Source of the DNA: Longimicrobiales bacterium
Lineage (GTDB): Bacteria > Gemmatimonadota > Gemmatimonadetes > Longimicrobiales > Gaopeijiaceae
NCBI GenBank assembly: GCA_965248195.1
Contig: CBDFIQ010000002.1
Span: 1,280,001-1,344,000, forward strand
Reading direction: 5' to 3'
DNA: 64,000 nucleotides
The notes below the pieces were generated by a model. That model saw nothing but the letters and a program-made list of their open reading frames with translations, did not search any database and was not told the origin of the DNA. A program made the position numbers and the translations under genes. Numbering within the stretch: position 1 is the first letter of the stretch; every line of letters begins with the position of its first letter. Below, piece after piece: positions 27,028 through 37,225 of this stretch.

Positions 27028-29943
27028 TCAGGACGCTCCCCCGACCCCCCCGAGCGAGACCTCCAGCGCCTGTGCCAGCGTGAGGGTTGAACGCCCGGCT
27101 CCGTCGGCGATCTGGTGCCGACAGCTCACACCGGCCGCCAGCACCCAGGCGTCGGGAGCGGCGTCTCGCACCGCCGGGAGCAGATCGAGCTCGCCCATGG
27201 CCATCGATATCTCGTAATGCTCGGCTTCGTACCCGAACGCCCCGGCCATGCCGCAGCATCCCGAGCGTATCGTGTGGACCTCCAGCCCGGGGATCCGACG
27301 AAGCACCGTTTCCGTCGCCCCCTCCCGGCCCAGTGCCTTTTGATGGCAGTGTGTGTGAACGAGCGCCGTCTGGGCTTCCACCGGGCCGAGATCGAGCGGA
27401 GCTCGGCCGGCCTCCTCCTCTTTCACCAGGAATTCGTCGAGGAGTAACGATCCGTCCGCGAGGCTTGCGCTCTCCTCACCGGGGAGGAGGATCGGGATCT
27501 CGTCGCGGAGGGTGAGGAGGCAGGACGGCTCCAACCCCACCACGGGGACCCCACGCTCAACCCATGGCGAGAGGGTGCTCAGAAGACGTCGAGCCTCATG
27601 ACGGGCCTCATCGACCAGACCCGCATTCAAGAACGTGCGACCACAGCACGCTGGTCGTCCGGACCGGGTCGGGAGGCGAACTCGGTATCCCGCCGCTTCG
27701 AGGACCCGGAGCGCCGCGTGGGCGTTCTCGGGCTCGAAGTAGGTGTTGAAGGTATCGACCCAGAGGAGGACCTCCGGCCTGTCACTGGCATCGGAAGCCG
27801 GGCTCGAGCTGGTCTCCGTGGTGCTTTCCCGGAAGACGTCTCTCCGCCACCGCGGACGCTCACGGCGGGCGGTGAGGCCCAGCAGCCGCTCCCCGGCGCG
27901 TGCCAGGAACCCGTTGGGCCGGCCCAAGTTCATCAGCTCCGGTAGGCGCGTCGCCCATGGCGCCAACCGGGGAAGCCACGCCACCAGGCGCTCACGAAGG
28001 GGAAGTCCATGGCGTCGGTGGTAGTGGTGCAGAAACTCGACCTTCATGCGCGCCATGTCGACGCCGGTGGGACATTCTTTTCCGCACGCCTTACACCCCA
28101 CGCAAAGCGAGAGCGTGTCGTACATCTCGGAGGATGTGAGGGCGTCGGCGCCGAGTTGCCCCGTGAGGGCCAGGCGCAGCGAGTTGGCCCTACCGCGCGT
28201 CGTGTGGCGCTCGTCTCCGGTGGCGCGGAACGAGGGGCACATGACTCCGGGGTCGGTCTTCCGGCAGGCTCCGTTGTTGTTACACATCTCGGTGGCGCCC
28301 ACCCACCCGCCCAAGGCCGACCAGTCCAGCGCGGTGGTCAAGGGCAGGGGACGGTACCCGCCGTGGTAGCGCATGAGCGATCGGTCGTCCATGAGGGAGG
28401 GGTTTACGATCTTCCCAGGGTTGAGCGTGCTCGACGGATCGAACGCCGACTTGATCTCGCCGAAGGCTCCCACGAGCCGACTCCCCAACATCGGCTCCAG
28501 GAACTCGGATCGAACCATGCCGTCACCGTGTTCGCCCGAGTGCGTTCCCCCGAAGCCCCGCACCAGCTCATGCGCCTCCTCTGCGATGGCGCGCATGGCC
28601 CTCAGATCCTGGTCCTGCTTGAGGTTCAAGATGGGCCGAACGTGTAGGCACCCGACCGAGGCGTGGGCATACCATGTGCCCGACGTGCCATGACGGCGGA
28701 AGACTTCCTCGAGGCGCGCCCCGTACTCGGAGAGGTGCTCGAGGGGCACCGTGCAGTCCTCGATGAAGGAGACGGGCTTTCGGTCGCCCGTCATCGACAT
28801 GACGACATTCATGGCGGCCTTCCTCACGCCCCAGATCCGTCTCTGAAAATCCTTGGGCTCAGCACGGGTGAGGGCGTCGGGATGTCCGAGATCCGCCAAC
28901 AATTCCCCGAGCCGGTGAAGATCGTCGGAAACCCGGTCTGCGTCCGGTCCCGCGAACTCGACGATAAGCAGGGCGCGAGGATCGCCCCGGACGAATTCCC
29001 GCACCGCGGCGCTCAGAGTCGGGATCTCGCGGGCCAGATCGAGCAACGTGCCGTCCACCAACTCCGCGGCGGAAGGCTCGAGATCCATGATCGAGGGGAC
29101 CGTGTTCAGAGCAGACTCCAGATCGGGGAAAGCACATACACCGAGAACGGTCTTAGACGGGATGGGCACGAGTTGGAGCTCCAGCTCGGTGAAGAACGCG
29201 AGCGTGCCCTCGGAGCCGACCAGAAGGCGCACGATCTCAGCGCCGTCCGGGGAGATGCGATCGAGGTTGTAGCCGGCGACCCTGCGCATGACCTTCGGGA
29301 TCCTGCGCTCGAGCTCGGCGTCTTCGCGCCTCCGAAGCGTGGCGAGGGTCGAGGCGAGCTCCGACTCCACGCCCTCCGTCGGGACCTCCAGGCCGAAGCT
29401 CACTGGGGTGCCGTCGGCAAGCGCCCCACTCACGCGGCGCACGTTGTCGACCATCATACCGTAGCGGATCGAGCGTGCACCCGCGCTGTTGTTGGCTGTC
29501 ATCCCCCCGAGCGTGGCTCGGCTCGCGGTGGACACGTCGACCGGGAAGAAGAGCCCGTGGGGCTCGAGCTCGCGGTTGAGGCGATCCAGGACCACCCCAG
29601 GCTGCACGCGAACGGTCGCGGCGTCGCGGTCGACCTCGCCGATTCCGGTCAGGTACTTGCTCGTTTCCATCACGAGCCCCTCGCCGATGGCCTGACCGGA
29701 CTGGGAGGTGCCTGCACCTCGGGGGGTCACCGAGAGGCCCGCTTCGGTCGCGATTTCCAGGGCACGGAACACGTCCGCAGTGTTCTTCGGAACCACAACA
29801 CCGATCGGCTCGATCTGGTAGATGGAGGCGTCGGTGGAGTAGAGCCCTCTGCTGACGGAATCGAAGAGCACGTCGCCTTCCAATTCGCTCCCGAGGCGGG
29901 TGGCGAGGGAGGGCTCGGAAGGGGGTCCTGCGCGGCTCGTCAT
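27028..29943 (-). CDS. FAD-linked oxidase / 4Fe-4S / CCG fusion (GlcD-GlcF-like 2-hydroxyacid dehydrogenase)
   Basis: RGAGTSQSGQ, GSEGTL, SGEHGDG, CNNNGACRK, CVGCKACGKECP and CCGMAGAFG motifs. Confidence 0.9.
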   Translation of the reverse strand: MTSRAGPPSEPSLATRLGSELEGDVLFDSVSRGLYSTDASIYQIEPIGVVVPKNTADVFRALEIATEAGLSVTPRGAGTSQSGQAIGEGLVMETSKYLTGIGEVDRDAATVRVQPGVVLDRLNRELEPHGLFFPVDVSTASRATLGGMTANNSAGARSIRYGMMVDNVRRVSGALADGTPVSFGLEVPTEGVESELASTLATLRRREDAELERRIPKVMRRVAGYNLDRISPDGAEIVRLLVGSEGTLAFFTELELQLVPIPSKTVLGVCAFPDLESALNTVPSIMDLEPSAAELVDGTLLDLAREIPTLSAAVREFVRGDPRALLIVEFAGPDADRVSDDLHRLGELLADLGHPDALTRAEPKDFQRRIWGVRKAAMNVVMSMTGDRKPVSFIEDCTVPLEHLSEYGARLEEVFRRHGTSGTWYAHASVGCLHVRPILNLKQDQDLRAMRAIAEEAHELVRGFGGTHSGEHGDGMVRSEFLEPMLGSRLVGAFGEIKSAFDPSSTLNPGKIVNPSLMDDRSLMRYHGGYRPLPLTTALDWSALGGWVGATEMCNNNGACRKTDPGVMCPSFRATGDERHTTRGRANSLRLALTGQLGADALTSSEMYDTLSLCVGCKACGKECPTGVDMARMKVEFLHHYHRRHGLPLRERLVAWLPRLAPWATRLPELMNLGRPNGFLARAGERLLGLTARRERPRWRRDVFRESTTETSSSPASDASDRPEVLLWVDTFNTYFEPENAHAALRVLEAAGYRVRLPTRSGRPACCGRTFLNAGLVDEARHEARRLLSTLSPWVERGVPVVGLEPSCLLTLRDEIPILLPGEESASLADGSLLLDEFLVKEEEAGRAPLDLGPVEAQTALVHTHCHQKALGREGATETVLRRIPGLEVHTIRSGCCGMAGAFGYEAEHYEISMAMGELDLLPAVRDAAPDAWVLAAGVSCRHQIADGAGRSTLTLAQALEVSLGGVGGAS

Positions 29944-29983
29944 GGCGGGAAAGGTAACGCCGTGCCATTATTTGCGCCCGACA

Positions 29984-30038
29984 CTCGACCTACGCTCGAC
30001 ATACGATTCGCGCCCGGTACTCGATTCGCCTCCGGTAC
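29984..30038. repeat. Two adjacent tandem repeat pairs in the divergent intergenic region
   Basis: CTCGACCTACG/CTCGACATACG, then CGATTCGCGCCCGGTAC/CGATTCGCCTCCGGTAC. Confidence 0.55.
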
Positions 30039-30074
30039 GGGCACGGAGTCACCCTTACCCGAGATTGCCGACCC

Positions 30075-31253
30075 ATGACGTTTCGGTCCGGACGACACTT
30101 CCTTCAAATTCCCGGCCCCACCAACGTTCCGGAGCGGATCTTGAGGGCGATGGGCCGGCCTACGATCGACCACCGCAGCCCCGAGTTCGCGGAGCTGGGC
30201 CAGCGGATCCTTGCGGGGTTGAAGGAGGTCTTCCAGGCCTCCGAGTACGTCTTCGTTTATCCGGCGTCGGGAAGCGGAGCGTGGGAGGCGGCTCTGGTGA
30301 ACACCTTGTCGCCCGGCGACAGGGTCGTGCGCTACGACAACGGCCACTTCTGCGCGACTTGGGGGGCCGTGGCCCACGCCTTGGGGCTCACGGTCGACGT
30401 TCTGCCGTGGGATTGGAGGAGACCGGTCGACCCCGCTCTTCTGGAAGAGCACCTCAGCGGCGATGAGGATCACCAGATCAAGGCGGTTCTCGTAACCCAC
30501 AACGAGACGTCCACCGGTGTGGCGAGCGACGTTCCCGGCATACGGGCGGCCATCGATTGGGCCGGCCATCCAGCCCTTTTCATGGTCGACGCGGTGTCGT
30601 CCCTGTGCGCGATCGAGCTGCGCCATGACGATTGGGGCGTCGACGTGACCATCACGGGTTCCCAGAAGGGTCTCATGCTGCCTCCGGGTCTGAGCTTCGC
30701 GGCGGTCAGCCGGAAAGCGCTCGAGGCTCACGAAAACGCAGGCCTGTCGCGGTCGTACTGGGACTGGAGCGCAATGATGACCCCCAACGAGAGCGGCTAC
30801 TTTCCGTACACGCCCGCCACGAACCTGCTGTACGGCCTCGACGAGTCGCTCACGATGCTCCGCGAGGAGGGTCGTGAGAACACCTTGAAGCGGCACGCGC
30901 ACTTGGCGAGGGCGACTCGGGCTGCGGTGGCGGCTTGGGGACTCGAGAACTTCTGCCTCGAGGAGTCGGGGTTCAGCTCGGCCCAGACGACCGTGAAGAT
31001 GCCGGATGGTACGGACGCCGACGCGCTCCGCAAGGTCATCCTAGAGCGCTTCGACATGGCGCTGGGTAGCGGGTTGGGCAAGCTCAAGGGAGAGGTCTTC
31101 CGGATCGGTCACATGGGGGACATCAACGCGCTGATGGTTGCGGGCACACTGTGTGGCGTCGAGATGGGGCTAGAGCTTTCTGGAGTGCCCCATCGGCCCG
31201 GGGGCGTTCGGGCGGCCCTCGAGGTTCTGTCCGGCGAAGTAGGAGACGCATGA
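30075..31253 (+). CDS. Serine/alanine--glyoxylate aminotransferase (class V, SgaA/BhcA-like)
   Basis: GRHFLQIPGPTNVP, HNETSTG, VDAVSS, GSQKGLMLPPG and FRIGHMG motifs. Confidence 0.92.
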   Translation: MTFRSGRHFLQIPGPTNVPERILRAMGRPTIDHRSPEFAELGQRILAGLKEVFQASEYVFVYPASGSGAWEAALVNTLSPGDRVVRYDNGHFCATWGAVAHALGLTVDVLPWDWRRPVDPALLEEHLSGDEDHQIKAVLVTHNETSTGVASDVPGIRAAIDWAGHPALFMVDAVSSLCAIELRHDDWGVDVTITGSQKGLMLPPGLSFAAVSRKALEAHENAGLSRSYWDWSAMMTPNESGYFPYTPATNLLYGLDESLTMLREEGRENTLKRHAHLARATRAAVAAWGLENFCLEESGFSSAQTTVKMPDGTDADALRKVILERFDMALGSGLGKLKGEVFRIGHMGDINALMVAGTLCGVEMGLELSGVPHRPGGVRAALEVLSGEVGDA

Positions 31254-31275
31254 GGGTAAGAGGGAGGCGCTCCGA

Positions 31276-31977
31276 CTAGAGACCTTTGGCCTGAAAGACG
31301 GTCTTGACGGACCAGAACAGGATCCTGAGGTCGAACCTGAGCTTCACCCAACCGCTTCGACTCGACGCCATGAATCCGATGTAGGCGTAGTCCAGGCTCC
31401 ACTCATCACGCGCGTCCGGATTTCCCTTGCTCGCCTGCACCAGTCCCGTCAGCCCGGGCCTGATCAGCTTCTTCCGGAGGATGCCGCGCTCGAGCTCCTC
31501 ATAGTAGGGCTCGAGCGGCCAGGGTCGGGGACCGACGAAGCTCATGTCGCCCCTCAGTATCGAGAAGAGTTGAGGAAGCTCATCGAAGTAGAACTTCTTC
31601 AAAAAGCGGCCTACCGTCGTAAGGTGTTCGGGCACCCGTTCCATCGGTTTGATGTGAAGGTATTTCTGTTCTCTGGAGATCCTTCGGTATACATCCATCC
31701 GGATGATCCGGAACTTGGGGATTCTGAAGACCCTCCCCTCCGAACCCCGCGGCTCTGAGAGGAAGATCGGGCCCTTGCTCTCGGGTCGGATGAGTCCCTC
31801 CAGCAGGATCCCCGCTGCGATCAAGGCGATCAGGGGCGAGAGCAACAGGAGAAGGCCCAAGGAAAGGGCGACGTCCAGCATCCTCTTCTGCCAAGGAAGG
31901 GAGGCCAGCCCCTTCTGCTCACGGCCAGCCCGATCGAACTCATCGAACTGCTCACGGCTCATAGGTCCGATCGTCAT
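31276..31977 (-). CDS. Bacterial sugar transferase (priming phosphoglycosyl transferase)
   Basis: KRMLDV, DELPQL..ILRGDMSFVGPRP and RPGLTGLVQ motifs; start taken at ATG 31977. Confidence 0.85.
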   Translation of the reverse strand: MTIGPMSREQFDEFDRAGREQKGLASLPWQKRMLDVALSLGLLLLLSPLIALIAAGILLEGLIRPESKGPIFLSEPRGSEGRVFRIPKFRIIRMDVYRRISREQKYLHIKPMERVPEHLTTVGRFLKKFYFDELPQLFSILRGDMSFVGPRPWPLEPYYEELERGILRKKLIRPGLTGLVQASKGNPDARDEWSLDYAYIGFMASSRSGWVKLRFDLRILFWSVKTVFQAKGL

Positions 31978-32010
31978 GGTAGGGAAGGTTCTGCGCGGAA
32001 GACGCAGGTG

Positions 32011-32131
32011 CAAGCTGCCTCAGGTGAGCAAGGTCAACCTCTACTTCGTGGCGGTGCTCGTGGCCATGCTCCTCATGGTCACTTACGTTCCCGTGATTCC
32101 TACGTGGCCTGTGGAGCTGTTTTTCCGGTGA
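32011..32131 (+). pseudogene. Relic of a TRAP DctM-like C-terminus
   Basis: KLPQVSKVNLYFVAVLVAMLLMVTYVPVIPTWPVELFFR* resembles the last TM helix of DctM; a second diverged copy lies at 35051-35116. Confidence 0.55.
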
Positions 32132-32324
32132 GCCCCTAACCCACCCCTGCCAAAGGCAATAAAACAAGAGCGTTTGAATATGACTGCACGCACTTATACG
32201 GCCTCCGGGCCTGGTACCTGGGCGCAGGACCCCACGCACTGGCAACGCATGGGAATCGCCGGGGAGCCGATCACCCGCTGAGGCCTCCGAGACTGTCGCT
32301 TGTGAGCCCCTCGAGACGATCACC

Positions 32325-33811
32325 TTGACCCCGCACGAAGCCGCCTCGAGACCGCTCGAACCTCCGGCCCAGAAGCGCGTTTCCGCGTTGTTCTACTGCG
32401 GAATGTTCCTCGCCGCTTCCCTGTCTCCACTGGGGTCCACGATGATTGCGGTGGCGCTGCCGTCGATCGGTTCCGAGCTTGGGGTCGGAAGCGGATTGCT
32501 GACTCAGTGGCTCGTCAGCAGCTATCTCATTGTTGGAATCGCCACCATGAGCCCCGGCGGAAAGCTCGGGGATCGGATCGGTCACAGGCGAGCGCTCGTC
32601 ATCGGCATGACCATCTACGGGGTCGGCTCGATCGCAGGGTTTTCGTTGGCGAACCTGCCCAGCCTGGCCTTCGCTCGGATCGCGATGGCCGCCGGCGGAG
32701 CCATGACGATCCCGGCGACCATGGCGTTGCTGCGGAACCTGGTCCCCCCCGAGAAGCGAGCGCGGACGTTCGGCTATTTCGGTTCCGTGATGGGCGTCGC
32801 GGCCGGAATCGGCCCTCTCGTCGGAGGGGAGCTGACGGCCCTCTTCGGGTGGCGGTCCGTGTTCATCGCCAACATTCCCGTCATACTGCTCGCGCATTTC
32901 CTGATCCGACGGGCCACCGCATCCGGGTCGTCCTCACGGATCGCGAGTGAATCCGACTCGTCCTCGAGGATCGCGAGCGAATCCGAGGCGTCCTCGGGGA
33001 TCGCGACCGACTCGGAAGTGTCTTCTCCCGGCGTGGACCGCCAGTCGCCTCGCTTCGACATACTGGGCAGCGTGCTGCTGGCCTTTGGCCTGACGCTGCT
33101 CGTTGTGGCGGCTCAGACTTCGGGTTCGACTACTCTCGGGGCGGCGTTGGGCGCCGCCGGGTTGCTGACGGTGTTTGTTTGGTGGGAGCGCCGTGTAGCC
33201 GAGCCCGTCCTGGACCTCAGGCTGTTTCTGCGCCCCACGTTCGCGGCGTCGAGTGCCGTCATCGGGTTGCAGAACCTGGCCATGTACGCGCTTCTCTTCC
33301 AACTCCCGATCTTCTTCGAGCAGGTGCGCAACGTCGAAGCCGGGACTACCGGGCGAACCATCATCGGCATGATGATCGCGATGGTCGTTTTCTCCCCTTT
33401 GGGGGGCCGGGTGTCGGAGTCGGTCGGCATCCGCGCGACCGCCTTCGTCGGCACGCTGACCTCGCTGGCCGGGCTCTACCTCGTGTCCGATTTCGAGGCC
33501 CTCCGGTCACCCGGCGACGCCCTCGTCGGCCTCGTCGTGATCGGAGTCGGCCTGGGACTGACTTCGGCGCCGTCTCAAGCCGCCGCGATGAGCGCGGTGG
33601 ATCGGGCCCACGCCGGAATGGGCGGAGGTGCCGTCTCCACGGCGCGCTACATCGGAGGGGTGATCGGCATCTCAGCGCTCGGATATCTACTGGGGGGGAA
33701 CAGGCGGGTGTCGAGGCGCACGGCGCTGCTATAACCGTTTATGCAGCGGCCTTGGTCCTTGCCGCCATCAGCGCGCTGATTTTGCCCGGAAGGGGCGCTC
33801 TCGAGCGGTGA
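32325..33811 (+). CDS. MFS transporter (DHA2-like), frameshifted in a G7 tract near the 3' end
   Basis: GKLGDRIGHRR and GPLVGG..GWRSVF motifs. The frame stops at 33734, but the final TM helix (AAITVYAAALVLAAISALILP) continues in another frame to 33811; one extra G at 33692-33698 restores it. Confidence 0.85.
32928..33017 (+). repeat. 30-bp x3 coding tandem repeat in the MFS central loop
   Basis: SSSRIASESD/SSSRIASESE/ASSGIATDSE. Confidence 0.85.
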
Positions 33812-33929
33812 ATCGGCCGCCCGGCTGATCACGTGATGGGGAGGAGGCGTGAGGGCAACCGAGCCGATCAGCTGCCGTCCTTGCTCCTTTCAGCCCGGAA
33901 ACGTGCTGTACGGATTCCGGGTCGCCCTC

Positions 33930-34436
33930 CTAGCACCAGAAACACCAGTGATACGGCGGGCGATAGTAGGTGATCAAACGACCACACACGATGACACCTA
34001 TCCAGCAGCTCAGCGAAACGGCCGCCGCAACTTTGGCCGCCCGTGGAGCGCTGGCACCGGCGCCGGCACGCTTGACCGGGCCGAACACGAATCGATAGAA
34101 GAACAACACGTTGATTCCAGCGATTCCCATAAGCGCCAGCTTGGTCTGAAAAGCTGGATTGAACAGATACTGGTCTGGGGCGCTCGTGACGAACATGACA
34201 CCCGTCATGACGTTCAGCACGTACCCGGCTACCCCCCACGGCACCAGCCTGTGAAGCGCACTCATGGAGATGCCGCTTGCCAGACCCATCATGCGCAAAT
34301 CGAACAGGCCAACGGTTCCAATCAGCAGAGACAACCCCATGAAATGCAGCGTTTCGACGGCCGGCCACCCCCACGTCGAATGCATGAAGTCATAGATCCC
34401 CCTCTGGTGGGAAAAATCGAGAAGCGCCTGCACCAT
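33930..34436 (-). CDS. DUF6644-like membrane protein
   Basis: ETLHFMG...DLRMMG, YLFNPAF..K and GRLITY motifs. Confidence 0.7.
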   Translation of the reverse strand: MVQALLDFSHQRGIYDFMHSTWGWPAVETLHFMGLSLLIGTVGLFDLRMMGLASGISMSALHRLVPWGVAGYVLNVMTGVMFVTSAPDQYLFNPAFQTKLALMGIAGINVLFFYRFVFGPVKRAGAGASAPRAAKVAAAVSLSCWIGVIVCGRLITYYRPPYHWCFWC

Positions 34437-34445
34437 GATACGCCG

Positions 34446-34943
34446 TCAGTACTGATGGGAAGCCATCAGCATGTTGTGGGTATAGGCGAGCAACCGTCCC
34501 GATGTGACGGCTCCAGCCCACAGCAGGAGGGAAAGCGCGGCCAGCACCCGGGCCTTCGTTGGAGCGCGGCCGGCGTCATAGCTGGGGTCCCGCAACACCC
34601 CCTTCGCCAACGACCTGGTGATGAAGAGCGCAGCCAGTACGGCAGTCAGCTTGAGAAAGAACACCGGATTGGTCAGCGCCTTGGCCGGATAGGCCACCAG
34701 GAGTAGCCCGCCCGACAGTGAGACGACAACGAGGCTGACCCAAAGGACAGGGAAGAAGCGCCTCATCAGAGACAAGGGAACGCTAGGTGCAACGCCCAGG
34801 ATACGGAGATTCGTCGCCACATGTACTCCGACTACAAATCCCATCGCAACGGAATGGAAGACCAAGGTAGAGAAAAACGCCGGCCCGGATTCACGCATCC
34901 ACGTACTGAAGGGCGTCTCTTCTAGCCAGACGAGGTGGTCCAT
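34446..34943 (-). CDS. DUF6644-like membrane protein (paralog)
   Basis: H..AMGF...NLRILG, NPVFFLK and GRLLAY motifs. Confidence 0.7.
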   Translation of the reverse strand: MDHLVWLEETPFSTWMRESGPAFFSTLVFHSVAMGFVVGVHVATNLRILGVAPSVPLSLMRRFFPVLWVSLVVVSLSGGLLLVAYPAKALTNPVFFLKLTAVLAALFITRSLAKGVLRDPSYDAGRAPTKARVLAALSLLLWAGAVTSGRLLAYTHNMLMASHQY

Positions 34944-35144
34944 ACGGTCTCAGCTCAGGATGGCATCACGTGCAAGGGATACGAGTCCAACCCGGGTATC
35001 GGGGCGAAAACGCACGGTAGGTCGGGGCGCGGCATGAGACAACCCGCGAAGTGGCCATGCTCCTCATGGTCACCTACGTTCCCGCAATTCTTATGTGGCC
35101 TGTCGATCTGTTTTATCCTCGAGCCCCCCTCGTAAGGAGTACGA

Positions 35145-35924
35145 ATGTCGGACCGAGTGACGGTCAGCCGTGAGGATCATCTGGCCATCGTCTCCCTGAG
35201 TCATCCAGACCGGCTGAATGTCCTGGATCGGCAGGGGTGGGAAGCACTTGCCGACATCATGACCACTCTGGGAGAGGACGCGGAGGTCCGCTGCGTCGTG
35301 ATCGAGGGTTCCGGGAATCGGGCGTTTTCCGCGGGCTCCGACATCGGGGGATTTCCACAAGAGCGGCAGACGCCCGAGCAGGTTCAGGCGTATGCCTCGG
35401 CTCTCGAGGGTGCGCTTTCGGCCCTCCAGAGCTGCCCCCACCCGACCGTGGCATTGATCCATGGTGTGTGTGTGGGTGGTGGGCTGGAGATCGCCGCGTG
35501 CTGTGACGTGAGGATCTGCAGCGAATCGAGCCGCTTCGGAGCACCGATCAACCGGCTCGGTCTCACGATGTCCTACAACGAGCTGGGTCCGCTCGTCGAG
35601 CTGCTCGGCGCTTCGGGTACCCTAGAGATCCTGCTCGAGGGCGGTCTTCTCGATGCTACACAGGCACGCCAGAAGGGTCTCGTGACCCGAGTCGTCCCTG
35701 ACGAGAAAGTCGAGGAGGAAGCGCGGGCCACGGCTCATCGCATCGCCGTAGGCGCGCCACTCGTGAACCGATGGCACAAGAAGTTCGTGCGGAGGCTGAC
35801 CGATCAACGTCCGCTTACCGGGGATGAGCGACAGGAGGTGTACGAGGCGTTTCAGACCGATGACTACCGGGAGGGCGTCCAGGCCTTTCTCGAGCGACGC
35901 GACCCGCGATTCGAGGGTAAATAG
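35145..35924 (+). CDS. Enoyl-CoA hydratase/isomerase
   Basis: AFSAGSDI, CVGGGLEIA and DYREGVQAF motifs; AAGGAG RBS. Confidence 0.92.
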   Translation: MSDRVTVSREDHLAIVSLSHPDRLNVLDRQGWEALADIMTTLGEDAEVRCVVIEGSGNRAFSAGSDIGGFPQERQTPEQVQAYASALEGALSALQSCPHPTVALIHGVCVGGGLEIAACCDVRICSESSRFGAPINRLGLTMSYNELGPLVELLGASGTLEILLEGGLLDATQARQKGLVTRVVPDEKVEEEARATAHRIAVGAPLVNRWHKKFVRRLTDQRPLTGDERQEVYEAFQTDDYREGVQAFLERRDPRFEGK

Positions 35925-35928
35925 CACG

Positions 35929-37143
35929 ATGAGCTCCCCGGATCGGAGCGGTCCCCTGGCAGGCCTTCGTGTGGTCGAGTTCGCGCACATCATGGCCGGT
36001 CCGACGTGCGGGCGGATGCTAGCCGACATGGGGGCGGACGTGATCAAGGTGGAGCCGGTCACGGGGGGAGACGCCTCCCGTCAGTTCCGTCCCCCCGACC
36101 TGAACGGTGAGTCGGCGGCGTTCATGATGTTGAACCGCAACAAGCGTGGTGTGGCCTTGGACCTCAAGTCGACGGGGGGGCTCGAGGTCGCTCGCCGGCT
36201 GGTAGATCGAGCAGATGTGTTGATCGAGAACCACCGCACGGGCACGATGGAACGTCTGGGGCTCGGGTACGATCTGGTGAGGGAGAGCAACCCCCGCCTC
36301 ATCTACTGCGAAATTTCAGGCTTCGGTCGGACCGGGCCCATGGCGCACCTCGGTGGATTCGACCTCATTTCCCAGGGCTACAGCGGGATCATGAGCGTGA
36401 CGGGGGAGGGGGAGGGAAGACCCCCCGTGAAGTGTGCTCCACCCCTTACCGATATCACGGCGGGCGTACTCGCCGCGATGGGGATCCTGGCCGCCTACGT
36501 CGAGCGACTCGAGACGGGCAGGGGCCAGAGGGTCGACACGTCCCTTTTCGAGGCGGGCGTCACGCAGTCGTTTTGGCAGGCAGCCGTAACGCTGGCCACC
36601 GGCGTGTCGCCGGGGCCCCTCGGGTCGGCTCATCCATTGACCGCTCCCTATCAGGCATTCCAAACCTCGGACGGATGGATCACGGTCGGGGGCTCGAACC
36701 AAGCGACCTGGCACCGGCTCGTCGAGGTCGTGGAGATTCCCGAGCTCGGCGAGGACCCCCGCTTCCTGGAAAACGCCGATCGTATGCAACACGTGGCCGA
36801 GCTCGCCTCGATCCTGGGCGAGCGCTTCAAGACGCGGCCGACCGCCGAGTGGCTCGGGCTTCTCGAGGAGGGTGGCGTGCCGGCGGGTCCGGTCGCGAGC
36901 ATCGGCCAAATGCTCGAGTTCCCCCAGACGCTCGCCCGGGACATGGTCGTCGAGGTGGAGCACTCCAAGCTCGGGCCAGTCCGAACGGTCGGCTTTCCGG
37001 TGAAGTTCTCCGAGACGCCCGTGTCCATCGCACCGGGGGCCCCACTTCTGGGCGAGCACACAGCGGAGGTCTTGTCCGAGTTAGGCTACACGGACGACGA
37101 GATAGAGGAGCTCATTCGGAGCGGAGCGGCGACGGCTGAGTAG
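35929..37143 (+). CDS. CoA-transferase family III (CaiB/BaiF)
   Basis: LADMGADVIKVE, NRNKR, GFDL..QG.SG and PLLGEHT motifs. Confidence 0.93.
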   Translation: MSSPDRSGPLAGLRVVEFAHIMAGPTCGRMLADMGADVIKVEPVTGGDASRQFRPPDLNGESAAFMMLNRNKRGVALDLKSTGGLEVARRLVDRADVLIENHRTGTMERLGLGYDLVRESNPRLIYCEISGFGRTGPMAHLGGFDLISQGYSGIMSVTGEGEGRPPVKCAPPLTDITAGVLAAMGILAAYVERLETGRGQRVDTSLFEAGVTQSFWQAAVTLATGVSPGPLGSAHPLTAPYQAFQTSDGWITVGGSNQATWHRLVEVVEIPELGEDPRFLENADRMQHVAELASILGERFKTRPTAEWLGLLEEGGVPAGPVASIGQMLEFPQTLARDMVVEVEHSKLGPVRTVGFPVKFSETPVSIAPGAPLLGEHTAEVLSELGYTDDEIEELIRSGAATAE

Positions 37144-37225
37144 GCCCCTGGAGGACCTGGAAGCCGAGTTGGAGGAGGTTCGTCACGCGCGGAAGGTCGA
37201 TCTCGCCAGCGCCTCCTGCGCCCCT

